A stretch of DNA of 64,000 nucleotides. Source: Candidatus Multivoradales bacterium. GTDB lineage: Bacteria > Acidobacteriota > Thermoanaerobaculia > Multivoradales > Multivoraceae. Of this stretch, positions 8,378 through 18,780 are shown in pieces (within the stretch, counting starts at the first letter, position 1; the number at the start of each line of letters is the position of its first letter). The notes beneath the pieces were generated by a model. The model was not told the DNA's origin. It did not search any database and saw only the letters and a list, made by a program, of their open reading frames with translations. The translations under genes and the position numbers were made by a program. The DNA lies in contig CBDCWI010000001.1 in assembly GCA_965223325.1 (NCBI GenBank), forward strand, positions 1,824,001 to 1,888,000, read 5' to 3'.

Positions 8378-8935
8378 ATGGTCTCTCTCGCGTCGCTGTG
8401 GCTGCCGATCCTTCTCTCGGCCGCGTTCGTGTTCCTGTTGAGTTCGATCGTTCACATGGTCTTGCCCTACCACCGAAGTGACTACGACAAGTTGCCCGAC
8501 GAAGATGCGGTCCTCGATGTCATGCGCAAGTCAGGAGTCGGGCAAGGCAACTTCTACCTCCCGCACGCCGTGACGCCGGCGGAGCAGCGCAGCGAAGAAG
8601 TGAAGGAGAAGCTCGCTCGGGGCCCTGTTGCCTTCATCAATGTGTGGCCTCCCGGCCCGGTCAACATGGGCAAGAGTCTGGGTAGCTGGTTCGTGTTCTG
8701 TGTCGTGGTGTCGATCTTTTGTGGGTACCTCGCATCGACGACCCTCGCGGCCGGAGCGGAGTACCTCTCCGTTTTTCGCGTCGCCGGAACGGCGGCGTTC
8801 ATGACCTTCGGCCTGGGAGAGATCACGAGCTCGATCTGGAAGGCGCAGAAGTGGTCGACGACCACAAAGAGCCTCTTTGACGGTCTGCTCTACGCGTTGG
8901 TTACTGCTGGGACATTTGCCTGGCTCTGGCCCTGA
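8378..8935 (+). CDS. Hypothetical membrane protein (about 4-5 TM)
   Basis: Strong AAAGGAG RBS, coding-like codon usage, hydrophobic segments, HMVLPYH motif. Confidence 0.8.
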   Translation: MVSLASLWLPILLSAAFVFLLSSIVHMVLPYHRSDYDKLPDEDAVLDVMRKSGVGQGNFYLPHAVTPAEQRSEEVKEKLARGPVAFINVWPPGPVNMGKSLGSWFVFCVVVSIFCGYLASTTLAAGAEYLSVFRVAGTAAFMTFGLGEITSSIWKAQKWSTTTKSLFDGLLYALVTAGTFAWLWP

Positions 8936-8983
8936 GTTCCGAGTTCCCTCTGTAACGTTCCCCTCCCCTGCTCCTTTCCAATC

Positions 8984-11614
8984 GTGAACGAGGACCCCAC
9001 AGAACTCCCCGGCACCGACTCGCTGGCCGAAACCCGCCTCGAGTCGGGAAGTTCGGCGAAGGGTTCGGGAACGAGTGGTTCCGACCACCCGCGCTTTATT
9101 CCCGGCACTCTGGTCGCCGGCCGCTACCGAGTCGTCAGCCTGCTCGGGCGTGGCGGCATGGGCGAGGTCTATCGCGCCGACGATCTCGAGCTCGGAGAAA
9201 CGGTGGCGCTCAAGTTTCTGCCTGAGCACCTGGCCCGCGACCCGGCCCTTTTGCGCCGGATGCGCGACGAGGTGCGCCTGGCCCGTCGCGTCGCGAGCCC
9301 GCACGTCTGTCGGGTCTTTGACCTGACGGAGAACGACGGGCAACCGTTTCTTTCGATGGAGTGGGTCGACGGCGAAGATCTCTCTACCCTTCTGCGGCGG
9401 ATCGGGCGCCTGCCGGGTGACAAGGCGCTCGAAGTCGCCCGGCAGCTGTGTGTCGGCCTCGCGGCGGCACATGCCGAAGGCATCCTGCATCGCGATCTCA
9501 AACCCGCCAACGTCATGATCGACGGTCGCGGGCGGGCCAAGATCATGGACTTCGGCCTGGCGGTCCATGAATCACCCGACGACCCGGGGCAGGTGCGCGA
9601 AGGAACGCCCGCCTACATGGCACCCGAGCAACTTCGCGGCGAAGCGGTCACCGAGCGCAGCGACCTCTTCTCCCTGGGCCTGATCCTGCACGAGCTCACC
9701 ACCGGCCGCCCGGCCTTCGAGCCACGAAGCCTCGACGCTCTCAAAGAGCTGCACTCGTCTGGCTGGCAGCTCGATCGCACCTCGCAGTCGGGAGATCTCG
9801 ATCCGGTGCTCTCGCAGCTGATCGACCGCTGCCTGATGCCCGATCCCGAGGCGCGACCGCCCTCCGCCGTCGCCTTGCTGGGCGCGCTGCCTGGCCAGGA
9901 CCCACTGGCTGCCGCTCTCGCCGCTGGTGAAACACCCTCTCCAGAGCTGGTCGCTGCGGCCGAGGCTTCGCGCCCACTGTCGACACGTTGGGCACAGGCC
10001 CTCCTAGCGGCATTTGCCGTCACGCTGGTGGCCAACGCCTGGTTCTATCCGCGGCTTCACCCGATTGGGCGTTCAGCGCTACCGAAAGCACCGCTGGTGC
10101 TCGAAGAGAAGGCGCTCGAGATTCGACGGTCGTTTGGCTACGAGCCACTGCCCCATGATGCCTCGGGCCTCGATGTCGATCTCGACTACTTCGCGCACCT
10201 GCGCGAGAGCGACGATGCCGGCCGCTGGCAGCACCTCGAGACCGAAGACGCGCCGGCGATCACGTTCTGGAGCCGCGACAGCGAGAGAGTGCTCAATCCT
10301 GGCTACCCAGTGTGGCGCACAACCCCGACTTCTCCCCCACTGGGCCCAGGAATGACGCGTATCACCCTCACGCAGGAGGGCCGTCTAATCTCGTTCGAGG
10401 CGACTCCGCGCTCTCAACCAGCACATGCCAACGCGGTGTCGCCGGCACCAAACGACTGGCTGCCTCGAGCGCTCGAGGCTGCCGGGATCGAGCCCACGTC
10501 GCTGCGGGAGGCTCCGCCGACGCCCTATCCGAGCTCCTTCGCCGAACGACGTCGTCGGCTCACCGGGCCTGACCCCGCCGTCCCGGGGAGAGACCTCGAG
10601 ATCCATACGGCAACTCACGCCGCTCGACCCGTTCTTTTCAAGGTGCGACGGGCATGGCAACCAGAAGAGGCAACGGCTGGCGCGCGCGGGACCTGGGGAG
10701 TTCTTCAACCCATCATCGCCGGCATCACCGTCCTGGTGTTTGCGCTGGGGCTCTTCCTGGTGCGACGCAACTGGCGCTCGGGCCGCGGCGACCGTGAGGG
10801 CGCACGCCGACTCGGCCTCGCCGCCGGTCTCACCCATGCCGTCCTGTGGCTACTGGCCCACCCTCACGACGGCTCGCTCCTCGAGCAACTGACCGACGTC
10901 AGCCGGATCGGCGCCCACAGTTTGTGGCTCGGTGCCGTCTTTTGGTTCTGCTACCTGGCAATCGAACCGTCGTTGCGCCGCCGTCACCCGCAGATGCTGG
11001 TGTCCTGGACGCGCCTCTTGCAGGGGAGATGGAACGACCCACTGGTGGGGCGCGACGTGTTGTTGGGTGCGACTGCCCTCTTGTCTCTCAAGACGCTTTC
11101 CCTCGCGCTCCAGGAGATCAGCGTGCGAACCGGCATGAAGATTCCCATCAACGACGACCTCTGGATCTCCTCGATTGCTGGCATGCGGGCAACTGTCGAC
11201 ACGATCGACTCGGTGATCTTCGTCGCCCTCTCAAACGCCTTCGGCATTGCGTTTCTCTACCTCGCGCTGCTCTTGCTCCTCCGGAAACCTCGGCCCGCCG
11301 CGATCGCGCACGCCACACTGAGCGTGGTCGTGGTCACAGCGATCGGTGGCGACTGGACTAACCCCTGGATCCTCGTTCCGACCATTCTCACCAGTCTGGC
11401 GATCACCTGGCTCCTGGTGCGCATCGGCTTCCTGTGCTCCTTGGCGTTCTGGTTCATGCTCTTTCTGGTCGAAAAACTACCCCTGTCGACCGACTTCTCC
11501 ACCTGGTTCACGCCCTCGACGATGTTGACCTGGCTGATCGCCCTGGCGCTGGGCGCCTGGTGTTGGCGCGCCCTGGCGGGGGGCCGGTTGCATTCGACTC
11601 CCGGCATCCGGTGA
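8984..11614 (+). CDS. Ser/Thr protein kinase with extracytoplasmic and multi-TM C-terminal region
   Basis: GRGGMGEV, VALK, HRDLKPAN, DFG and GTPAYMAPE motifs; many TM segments in the C-terminal third. Confidence 0.92.
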   Translation: MNEDPTELPGTDSLAETRLESGSSAKGSGTSGSDHPRFIPGTLVAGRYRVVSLLGRGGMGEVYRADDLELGETVALKFLPEHLARDPALLRRMRDEVRLARRVASPHVCRVFDLTENDGQPFLSMEWVDGEDLSTLLRRIGRLPGDKALEVARQLCVGLAAAHAEGILHRDLKPANVMIDGRGRAKIMDFGLAVHESPDDPGQVREGTPAYMAPEQLRGEAVTERSDLFSLGLILHELTTGRPAFEPRSLDALKELHSSGWQLDRTSQSGDLDPVLSQLIDRCLMPDPEARPPSAVALLGALPGQDPLAAALAAGETPSPELVAAAEASRPLSTRWAQALLAAFAVTLVANAWFYPRLHPIGRSALPKAPLVLEEKALEIRRSFGYEPLPHDASGLDVDLDYFAHLRESDDAGRWQHLETEDAPAITFWSRDSERVLNPGYPVWRTTPTSPPLGPGMTRITLTQEGRLISFEATPRSQPAHANAVSPAPNDWLPRALEAAGIEPTSLREAPPTPYPSSFAERRRRLTGPDPAVPGRDLEIHTATHAARPVLFKVRRAWQPEEATAGARGTWGVLQPIIAGITVLVFALGLFLVRRNWRSGRGDREGARRLGLAAGLTHAVLWLLAHPHDGSLLEQLTDVSRIGAHSLWLGAVFWFCYLAIEPSLRRRHPQMLVSWTRLLQGRWNDPLVGRDVLLGATALLSLKTLSLALQEISVRTGMKIPINDDLWISSIAGMRATVDTIDSVIFVALSNAFGIAFLYLALLLLLRKPRPAAIAHATLSVVVVTAIGGDWTNPWILVPTILTSLAITWLLVRIGFLCSLAFWFMLFLVEKLPLSTDFSTWFTPSTMLTWLIALALGAWCWRALAGGRLHSTPGIR

Positions 11615-12318
11615 AGATCCTCTCTTGGAACATCCAACAGGGCGGTGGTCGACGGGTCACAGAAATTGGTGCGACGGTCACTGGCCTCGAGCCCGACGTG
11701 GTGGTCTTGGCCGAGTTTCGCAACAACGTTCGCGGTGAACGCCTCTGTGCGGATCTCGAGGCTGCCGGCTACACCCACCAGGTCACAACAAGCGCAGCAC
11801 CGCAAGTCAACTCAGTGCTGATTGCTTCGCAGCTTCCCGGTGAGCCGATCACCTGGGAGGCCGAAGGCGTTCTCTTCCACGGCTCGCTTGCAGTGCTCGA
11901 GCTCGAGGCACTCACCGTCTTCGGTCTCTATCTGCCGCACAAGAAAAAGCACGACCTCTTCGATCTTCTCCAGTGCGAGGCCACTCGCCGGCTCGAGACC
12001 GGCCGCCGCTTCGCACTGGTCGGGGACTTCAACACCGGGGTCAACGGAGTCGACCAGGCCGGCAACAGCTTCTGGTACACCCGTGAGCTCGAGCGGCTGC
12101 GCTCGGCCGGCACCATCGATGCGTTCCGTCACCTCCACGGCGATCTGCGTGAGTTCTCCTGGTGGAGCCACGGCGGCCGCGGCTATCGCTACGACCACTC
12201 CTGGGTCTCGAGAGACCTCGCTGTGGCAGTCAAACGCTGCTTGTATCTCCATGAGGTCCGCGAGGTGGGTCTGTCGGATCACTCGGCGATGTGGTTGGAG
12301 CTCTCACTTTCTTCTTGA
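11611..12318 (+). CDS. Endonuclease/exonuclease/phosphatase (ExoIII-like) family protein
   Basis: GTG start overlaps the kinase stop (GTGA). MKILSWNI, PDVVVLAE, GDFN, FSWWS, RYDH and SDH motifs. Confidence 0.88.
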   Translation: MKILSWNIQQGGGRRVTEIGATVTGLEPDVVVLAEFRNNVRGERLCADLEAAGYTHQVTTSAAPQVNSVLIASQLPGEPITWEAEGVLFHGSLAVLELEALTVFGLYLPHKKKHDLFDLLQCEATRRLETGRRFALVGDFNTGVNGVDQAGNSFWYTRELERLRSAGTIDAFRHLHGDLREFSWWSHGGRGYRYDHSWVSRDLAVAVKRCLYLHEVREVGLSDHSAMWLELSLSS

Positions 12319-13826
12319 CCCGTGCTGGTGGCAGCGACCTCGAAAGCAAGCTCTTCGAGTGCCTGCCAACCACCACCAAGAGCTCGATAGAGCAGAACAG
12401 CGCGTAGGGCATAGTCGGTCTCGGCGCGCGCCAGCGCGTCGTCAGAGGCGGTCTGGCTGCGCTGCGCATCGAGCAGCACCAGGTGGTCACGCAGACCCTC
12501 GTCATAGAGAACCTCGGCGTACTCCGAGGCGAGCGAGCTGGCCGCCGCGGCTTCTTGGAGAGACTGCAAGGCCTGGCCCGCCTCTTCGTACGCGACGTAG
12601 TTGGCTTCGACCTCGGCGAGCGCTGCAAGAACCGCCTGGCGATAGCTGGCAGAGGCCGCCGCGAGGCGTGCGCGAGCAGCCTCGACTCCAGCCTTGAGCT
12701 GACCGCCACGAAAGATCGGTAGATCGATCTGCGGTCCGAAGCTCCAGGTCCGGCTGGCGGTCTTGAACAAGTCCGATAGACGCGCAGCCTCCTGGCCCCG
12801 CGACCCACCGATGGTGATCCGCGGCAGCCGATCACCGATCGCCACCCCGACCTCAGCGGTCGCAGCGTGGAACTCTCGTTCGGCGGCGCGCAGATCGGGG
12901 CGTCGCCAAAGCAGATCCGCCGGCAGGCCGGCGGCGATGGCCGCGGGCGGTACCGGTACCGAAGCCTGATCCTCCAGGCCCGGACCCCCGAGAACATCCT
13001 CGAGGGAGTGCGGCAACTCGCCAACCAGGACGGCCAGGCGGTACTCAGCCGCCGCTCGCGCGGCGCGCAGGGGGGCAAGCGCTGCATGGAGCGAGGCACG
13101 CTGGGCAGTGGTGCGCTCACGATCGATAGGCGCAAGGAGGCCCGACTCGACCTTGGCGTCGATGACCTCGAGGCTCTCTTCTTGGATTCCGAGGTTGCGC
13201 TCAGCGAGGGCCAGACGCCGCTCGGCACCGCGCAGCTCGATGTAGGTACCGGCAGTTTCGGCAGCCACCAGGAGGACCGCGCCACGAAAAGATTCCTCGG
13301 CACCCTCGAGCCGTGCCTGCGAGGCTTCGCGGGCACGCCGCACGCGGCCGAAGAGATCGAGTTCCCAAGCGGCTTCGAAGCCGAAGGTAAAGAGCTCGTT
13401 CTCGAGTGACGCCAGACCCGCCTCGGCGAGCTCAGACAGAGGCCCTGGACCGTTGACGCTGGCCTTCGAGCGGCCACCGGTCGCCCGAGCATTCACCGCC
13501 GGCCACAACCGGCCACCCTGGGCCCGGCGTGCGGCGCGCGCCTCTTCGACACGGGCGAGTGCGACTTCGAGTTCCAGGTTCGAGGAAGCGGCCCGCTCGA
13601 CCAGTTCGGAAAGGACCGGGTCCTGGAAGCTCTGCCACCAGGCGATCTCGGCGTCGACTACCGCTGCCCGCTCGCCGACGCGTCCCGAGACTCGGGAGTC
13701 GCGACCGAGTGTCTCGGGAATGGGTGGTTCGATCGCCTGGTAGTTAGGCCCCACCGTGCAACCCACAAGGGCAAGAGCGACGGTGGCGGCCAGCGGCAGT
13801 CGGCGCGAGAGAGGGTGGGCGCTCAT
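12279..13826 (-). CDS. RND efflux outer-membrane factor lipoprotein (NodT/OprM family)
   Basis: Lipobox LVGC-TVGPNY, WWQSFQDPVL, WELDLFG, RRPDLRAAE and LYRALGGGW. Confidence 0.95.
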   Translation of the reverse strand: MSAHPLSRRLPLAATVALALVGCTVGPNYQAIEPPIPETLGRDSRVSGRVGERAAVVDAEIAWWQSFQDPVLSELVERAASSNLELEVALARVEEARAARRAQGGRLWPAVNARATGGRSKASVNGPGPLSELAEAGLASLENELFTFGFEAAWELDLFGRVRRAREASQARLEGAEESFRGAVLLVAAETAGTYIELRGAERRLALAERNLGIQEESLEVIDAKVESGLLAPIDRERTTAQRASLHAALAPLRAARAAAEYRLAVLVGELPHSLEDVLGGPGLEDQASVPVPPAAIAAGLPADLLWRRPDLRAAEREFHAATAEVGVAIGDRLPRITIGGSRGQEAARLSDLFKTASRTWSFGPQIDLPIFRGGQLKAGVEAARARLAAASASYRQAVLAALAEVEANYVAYEEAGQALQSLQEAAAASSLASEYAEVLYDEGLRDHLVLLDAQRSQTASDDALARAETDYALRAVLLYRALGGGWQALEELAFEVAATSTGQEESESSNHIAE

Positions 13827-16800
13827 GCCAGCACTCCTTCATTGAGGTCGTGGAGCAAGACTTCTTCGGCCGCCCCCACAGTTTCTGGGGCGGCCTCACC
13901 ACGGTCCCTGAAGAGAAGAACGTAGGCTGCCGGCACGAAGATCAGAGCCAGAATGGTCGCCCCACCGACACCGCCGGCAAGCACAATCGCCAGGGACGGC
14001 CAGAACTCGCCGCCGATGAAGAGGAGCAACGGCAGAAAGCCACCCATGGTGGTGAGGGTTGTCGACAGCACGTGGCGAGAACAACCGAGCGTCTCTTCGA
14101 GGATCGCATCGCGGTCGCCGCGGATTGCGAGTGGGTTGTCGCGAACCGCCGCGAGCACGACAATGCTGTCGTTGAGCGCTACACCGATCAGTCCGAGGGT
14201 GCCGAGGATCGTGTTGAAACTGATCGGGAAACCCCAGGTCCAGGTTGCCAGAAGAGCCAAACCGACCGAGAGACCGCCGACGAAAACCAGAATCAGGGCG
14301 ACCCGCAGGCTTCTGAACACCAGAACCACCGCCGCCACCATGATGGTCAAGAGCACCGGAGCGTAGGTGAGCAGGTTGCCGACGGCTTCGCGATCTTCCT
14401 CGGACGAGCCACCCGACTCGATTCGATAGCCCGGTGGCAACTCGAACCCTGCGGCGTCGAGGGCCGCACGCACGTCGCGATCGACTTCGATCGGTAGAGC
14501 ACCGACCGCGGTGTAGCCGAGCACCGAGTTGCAGCGTTCGCCATCGAAACGTGACACGCCACCGCGCTCGGGGCGCAGTGACAAGTCGCCGAGGGCCTCG
14601 AGGGGGAGGGTCGCGCCGCGGCCGGTGAAGCGCAACGAGCTCACTGCATCGAGATTCCCACGCGTCTCGTCGAGACGTATACGTACCGGCAACTGCTCTA
14701 GATCCTCGAGTACAACGCCGCCGGACACCCCTTCGAGCCCGGTCTGCAGCTGGACGGCGAGATCGGTGAGGCTCAAGCCGGCGCGCTCGGCCTCGTTCTC
14801 GTCGGCCTCCAACCAGACCTTCGGTTCGCCGCGCGGAATGGTGACCTGCGTATGTAGAACGCCGGGATGCGACTGCAGCGCGAGTCGAACCTCTTCGCCG
14901 AGATCCTGGAGCCGATCGATCTCTGGCCCGAAGATGCGGTACTCGACGCCGGCCTCGACCGGCGGCCCCTGAGCGAACTTGCGCACCACAACCTGAGCGC
15001 CCGGGACCTCCCGATCGAGCTCGCGCTGCAGCTGGGGAACCAACCTCTCGGTCGAATCGGCAGTGTCGACGGTGATCACCCCGCGGGCGTAGTCGGGGCT
15101 TCCCGTCCTTCGCATCACCAGGTTGTAGTAGACGCTCGGAAACGAACCGCCGACCAACCAGTGCACGTGTTCGACCTCTGGATGGCTACGGATCCTGGCC
15201 TCGATCTGCCGGGCCACGCGGCGCGTCTTGTCGATCGACGAGTCGCTCGGCATCCACAACTCGATATCGAACATGTTGCGGTCGGTGGGGGGAAAGAAGG
15301 AACGCCCGAGCTGACTGCCGGCGACGAAGCCGAGAATCGGAATGAGGGCCGCAATGAGGAGAGGAATGACCGGCCGCCTGAGTCCCCTGCGCATCGCCGC
15401 TCCGAAACGAGATGAGAGCGCGGTTCCCGAGAGGCCATGCCGCCACCACACGCGACGATGCTCTTCGCCTTCGCGATAAAAGCTGCCGAAGCGCCCGGCG
15501 AGGGCGGCGATCACGGTCAGCGAGATCAGGAAGCTGGCGCCGATCGCCAGAATGACACTCACCCCGATGTAGCCAACGAAGTCGCCCGCCGGCCCCGGAA
15601 GCAGAACGATCGGCGCAAAGGCGAGAACCGTCGTCAAAGTAGAGGCAAACAGTGGACCGCGCAGGTGACGGCCGGTCTCGGCGACCGCCGTGGTGGCACT
15701 CATTCCCTGCTCGCGACGTTTTCGAATCTCGTCGACCACGACGATGGCGTTGTCGATCAAGAGCCCGAGCGCGATGATCATGCCGAAGATCGACATCTGA
15801 TGAATCTGCCCACCGAGAAGCGAAATGCCGAACAGAACCGCTGCGACCGTCAACGGCAGCGCAGCGCCCACGAGCATCGAGAGGCGCCAGCCCATGGTGA
15901 ACAACACGACGAACATGATCACCAGGGCACCGAGCATCATGTTGCCGACCAGCTCGCGCAGTCGCGCGCCGGTGTAGAGGTTCTGGTCGAAGACCGTCAC
16001 CAGCTCGATCGGACCGCCGAGGCGCGGTTCGAAGCCGGCGATCGCGGAGTCGGCCGCCGCTGCCCACTGACCGATGCGCTGCCCCGAGGCAGCCCGCGCC
16101 GAAACGAAAATCGCCCGTCGACCGTCGACCAGGCCGATGGCCTTGGGCGGATCGAGGACCCCGCGGGTCACCCGGGCGACATCGCCGAGTTGCAGCTGGG
16201 TCCCGTCGCCGTCGGCGAGAAGCGGCACGGCGCGGATTCGATCGAGGGTGTCCAGGGCACCGTCGACTTCCACCAGCATGGTCGAGTCACGCGACCGTAG
16301 GACGCCGGCCGGTCGACGGGAGTCGGAGGCCTGGGTTCGACGGGCGATATCGGCGACAGTCAAGCCAAGGCTCTCGAGCCTTTTGGGGTCGGCCAACACG
16401 GTGATCTCTTCGTCGACCCCCCCATAGACCCGCACCAGTTCGGTCTGTGGAACCGACCGCAAGGCATCGGCGAGGTCTTCCGCCAGCCGATACAGAACGC
16501 CCATCGGCGGCTCGCCGGCGCCCGTCCAGGCGAGCGCCACCGTACGGGTAAACGCCACCGGCTCGAGCGTGTCGTCAACCAATGGTTCGAGGGCTCCCGG
16601 TGGCAGACTGCTCGCAGCACTCCTGATCTTCGTGCGCACGCGAGCGAAAACGTCGTCGCGAGTCTCGGCGGTCACCGAATCGGCAAGCTCGACCGAGATG
16701 ATTGCCTGACCAGCGCGCGAGGTCGACTGGACGGTCTTGATCTCCTCGATCTCATCGAGAGCGTTCTCGAGCGGCTCGGCGATCAACGCCTCGACTCTCT

Positions 16801-16963
16801 CTGCCGATGCACCGGGGAACGGCGCGATGACGAGCGGGAAACGCCCGACAATGCGAGGGTCTTCGAGGCGCGGCAGGTTGATGAATGCAGACAACCCTGC
16901 CACCGCCAGGATCACGATTGTGAGCGCCAGCAGGTAGGGGTTGCGCATGAAGGGGCCGCTCAT
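13823..16963 (-). CDS. RND efflux permease (AcrB/AcrD/AcrF family)
   Basis: 1046 aa. PGASAERVE, GLLIDNAIVVVD, NDSIVVL and LSTTLTTMGGFLPL. ATGA overlaps on both sides. Confidence 0.95.
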   Translation of the reverse strand: MSGPFMRNPYLLALTIVILAVAGLSAFINLPRLEDPRIVGRFPLVIAPFPGASAERVEALIAEPLENALDEIEEIKTVQSTSRAGQAIISVELADSVTAETRDDVFARVRTKIRSAASSLPPGALEPLVDDTLEPVAFTRTVALAWTGAGEPPMGVLYRLAEDLADALRSVPQTELVRVYGGVDEEITVLADPKRLESLGLTVADIARRTQASDSRRPAGVLRSRDSTMLVEVDGALDTLDRIRAVPLLADGDGTQLQLGDVARVTRGVLDPPKAIGLVDGRRAIFVSARAASGQRIGQWAAAADSAIAGFEPRLGGPIELVTVFDQNLYTGARLRELVGNMMLGALVIMFVVLFTMGWRLSMLVGAALPLTVAAVLFGISLLGGQIHQMSIFGMIIALGLLIDNAIVVVDEIRKRREQGMSATTAVAETGRHLRGPLFASTLTTVLAFAPIVLLPGPAGDFVGYIGVSVILAIGASFLISLTVIAALAGRFGSFYREGEEHRRVWWRHGLSGTALSSRFGAAMRRGLRRPVIPLLIAALIPILGFVAGSQLGRSFFPPTDRNMFDIELWMPSDSSIDKTRRVARQIEARIRSHPEVEHVHWLVGGSFPSVYYNLVMRRTGSPDYARGVITVDTADSTERLVPQLQRELDREVPGAQVVVRKFAQGPPVEAGVEYRIFGPEIDRLQDLGEEVRLALQSHPGVLHTQVTIPRGEPKVWLEADENEAERAGLSLTDLAVQLQTGLEGVSGGVVLEDLEQLPVRIRLDETRGNLDAVSSLRFTGRGATLPLEALGDLSLRPERGGVSRFDGERCNSVLGYTAVGALPIEVDRDVRAALDAAGFELPPGYRIESGGSSEEDREAVGNLLTYAPVLLTIMVAAVVLVFRSLRVALILVFVGGLSVGLALLATWTWGFPISFNTILGTLGLIGVALNDSIVVLAAVRDNPLAIRGDRDAILEETLGCSRHVLSTTLTTMGGFLPLLLFIGGEFWPSLAIVLAGGVGGATILALIFVPAAYVLLFRDRGEAAPETVGAAEEVLLHDLNEGVLA

Positions 16964-18129
16964 GACTCGGCTTCCTGAGCGCCAACCGACACAGTCTCGG
17001 TGTCAACCAGGACGTGCTGGCCCGCCACCAGTCGCTGCAGACCACGAGCAACCAGGCGGTCGCCTGGTTCGAGCGCACCACGAACAAGAGCACGAGCCCC
17101 ACCACCCTCGGCTGCCGTATCGACCTCGACGATCTCGACCGGTCGTTGCTCGACCCGCCACACGCCGCTGCCAGCCTCTTCGTCTGCTACCACTGCGAGC
17201 GCCGACCACAGGCCGCGTGACGATTCCGTCAACGCCTCGAGCGGCAGCACGTATCCACGGACCGGAGTGCCGGCGGCGAGCTCGAGGGTCGCGGTTTCAC
17301 CAACGCGAACCTCCCCCAGCGGCTCATCGAGCTCGAGCAGCAGATCGACCGTGCGGGTACGCTGGTTCTGCTCGCTCGCGAGCGACAGTCGCCGCGCCTC
17401 CCACGAGCGGCCGTTGACGTCGACGACCAGCTTGTCGTCGCTCGCCGGTAGCTGCCCCGTCGCATCCACCGGCATGCCGATGCGAACGCGAGGCTTGTCG
17501 ATCTCGATCAACGACAGCACCGACCCACCTGGCGACACCACTTGACCCTCGTCGACATGCCGGGCGGTGACGATCGCGCGATAAGGCGCTCGCAGGAGAG
17601 ACTTCGACTGGTCGACGCGGACCAGGTCGCGCTCGGCTTCGGTGCGCGCCAACGCCGCGGCAGCGGCGTCGCGTCCCCTTTGTGCTTCGTCGACGTCCTG
17701 CGGTGAGACCGCCGAGCGCTCGGCGGCACGCTTGAACCGAGTGAGGGTGCTCTCGGCGAGCTCGAGCCGGGTGGCGGCCTCGGCTACCGCCGAGTCGAGC
17801 TGGCGCCAACGTGCCTCCAGGCGCGAAGTGTCGAGAACGGCCAGCAGAGCCCCCCGCTCGACCCGGTCTCCCTCGTCGACGACCATACGCACCACCGTGC
17901 CTGATAGGTCGAAACCCACTTCGGAGCGCCGTTTGGCTTCGACCTGACCGCGGTAGGTGCGCGCCCGCGAGAGAGTGGTCTCTTCGAGGCTTTCGAGTGT
18001 TTGCACTGTGAGTAGCGAATCGATATCGACCGTCGCGTCGGCATGAACATCGGCATCGCCACCACAGCCCATGGTCAGGGGAACGAAGAGAGCCAGCGAA
18101 ACGGTAAAGAGATAGCGAGCGAGGGTCAA
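16960..18129 (-). CDS. RND efflux periplasmic adaptor (MFP) lipoprotein
   Basis: TTG start overlaps the tetR stop. Lipobox TMGC, lipoyl-like VDEGDRVERG and LRAPYRAIV..VDEGQVV, and a coiled hairpin. Confidence 0.9.
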   Translation of the reverse strand: MTLARYLFTVSLALFVPLTMGCGGDADVHADATVDIDSLLTVQTLESLEETTLSRARTYRGQVEAKRRSEVGFDLSGTVVRMVVDEGDRVERGALLAVLDTSRLEARWRQLDSAVAEAATRLELAESTLTRFKRAAERSAVSPQDVDEAQRGRDAAAAALARTEAERDLVRVDQSKSLLRAPYRAIVTARHVDEGQVVSPGGSVLSLIEIDKPRVRIGMPVDATGQLPASDDKLVVDVNGRSWEARRLSLASEQNQRTRTVDLLLELDEPLGEVRVGETATLELAAGTPVRGYVLPLEALTESSRGLWSALAVVADEEAGSGVWRVEQRPVEIVEVDTAAEGGGARALVRGALEPGDRLVARGLQRLVAGQHVLVDTETVSVGAQEAES

Positions 18130-18719
18130 GATGGTTCTCCGTTCATGAGGGCGCAATGGGCGACTTCGCGGGCACCTTCGAGAACCGCTTCAGCATCGGC
18201 TCGCGAGGGCAGAGCGCGGGCGATCGCCATTCCACCCACCATGGCTGCGATCACCCCGTAGGCGATCCGATCTCGTTCAGCGGCAGGCAATGCACCGAGG
18301 TGAGCTTTGACTTCGTTGCGAAACGCATCGATTCCGGCCGCAAAGGCCTCACGCGGATGCTCACCGGTGCGGCCGAGCTCAGGCGTGAGAGCCGGAAGGG
18401 GGCAGCCTTCTTCGACCGATTCGAAATGAGGTGTCGAGAGGTAGTTCGCGACCAGGCCCTTCACCCACTCCACGCCTTCGAGATCTTCGAGGCCCTGGGT
18501 GCGTTCTGGTGGTTGGTTGGTAAACGCTTCTCGGAGAACCTCTTCGAGCAGCGCTTCTTTGGACTCGAAGTGTCTGTAGAAGGCGCCCGCCGTCAGGCCA
18601 GCTTCCGCCATCAGGCCATCGATACCCGAGCCGAGATAGCCCTGGCGGCGGAAAACGCGACCAGCTGCTTCGAGAATGCGGCGCCGGGTGTCGCGTTTGT
18701 GCGCGGAGTCGTAACGCAT
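18126..18719 (-). CDS. TetR/AcrR family transcriptional regulator
   Basis: MRYDSAHKRDTRRRILEAAGRVFR..AGLTAGAFYRHFESKEAL and GCP motif. AAGGAG RBS; start at 18719. Confidence 0.92.
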   Translation of the reverse strand: MRYDSAHKRDTRRRILEAAGRVFRRQGYLGSGIDGLMAEAGLTAGAFYRHFESKEALLEEVLREAFTNQPPERTQGLEDLEGVEWVKGLVANYLSTPHFESVEEGCPLPALTPELGRTGEHPREAFAAGIDAFRNEVKAHLGALPAAERDRIAYGVIAAMVGGMAIARALPSRADAEAVLEGAREVAHCALMNGEPS

Positions 18720-18764
18720 CGACCTCTGCTCCTTGCGGTGAGAAATCTGGAAGGTTCCAAATGA

Positions 18765-18780
18765 GATTACGATCGTAATC
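18765..18780. promoter_or_regulatory. Candidate TetR operator
   Basis: Perfect 16-bp palindrome GATTACGATCGTAATC, 45 bp upstream of tetR. Confidence 0.7.
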
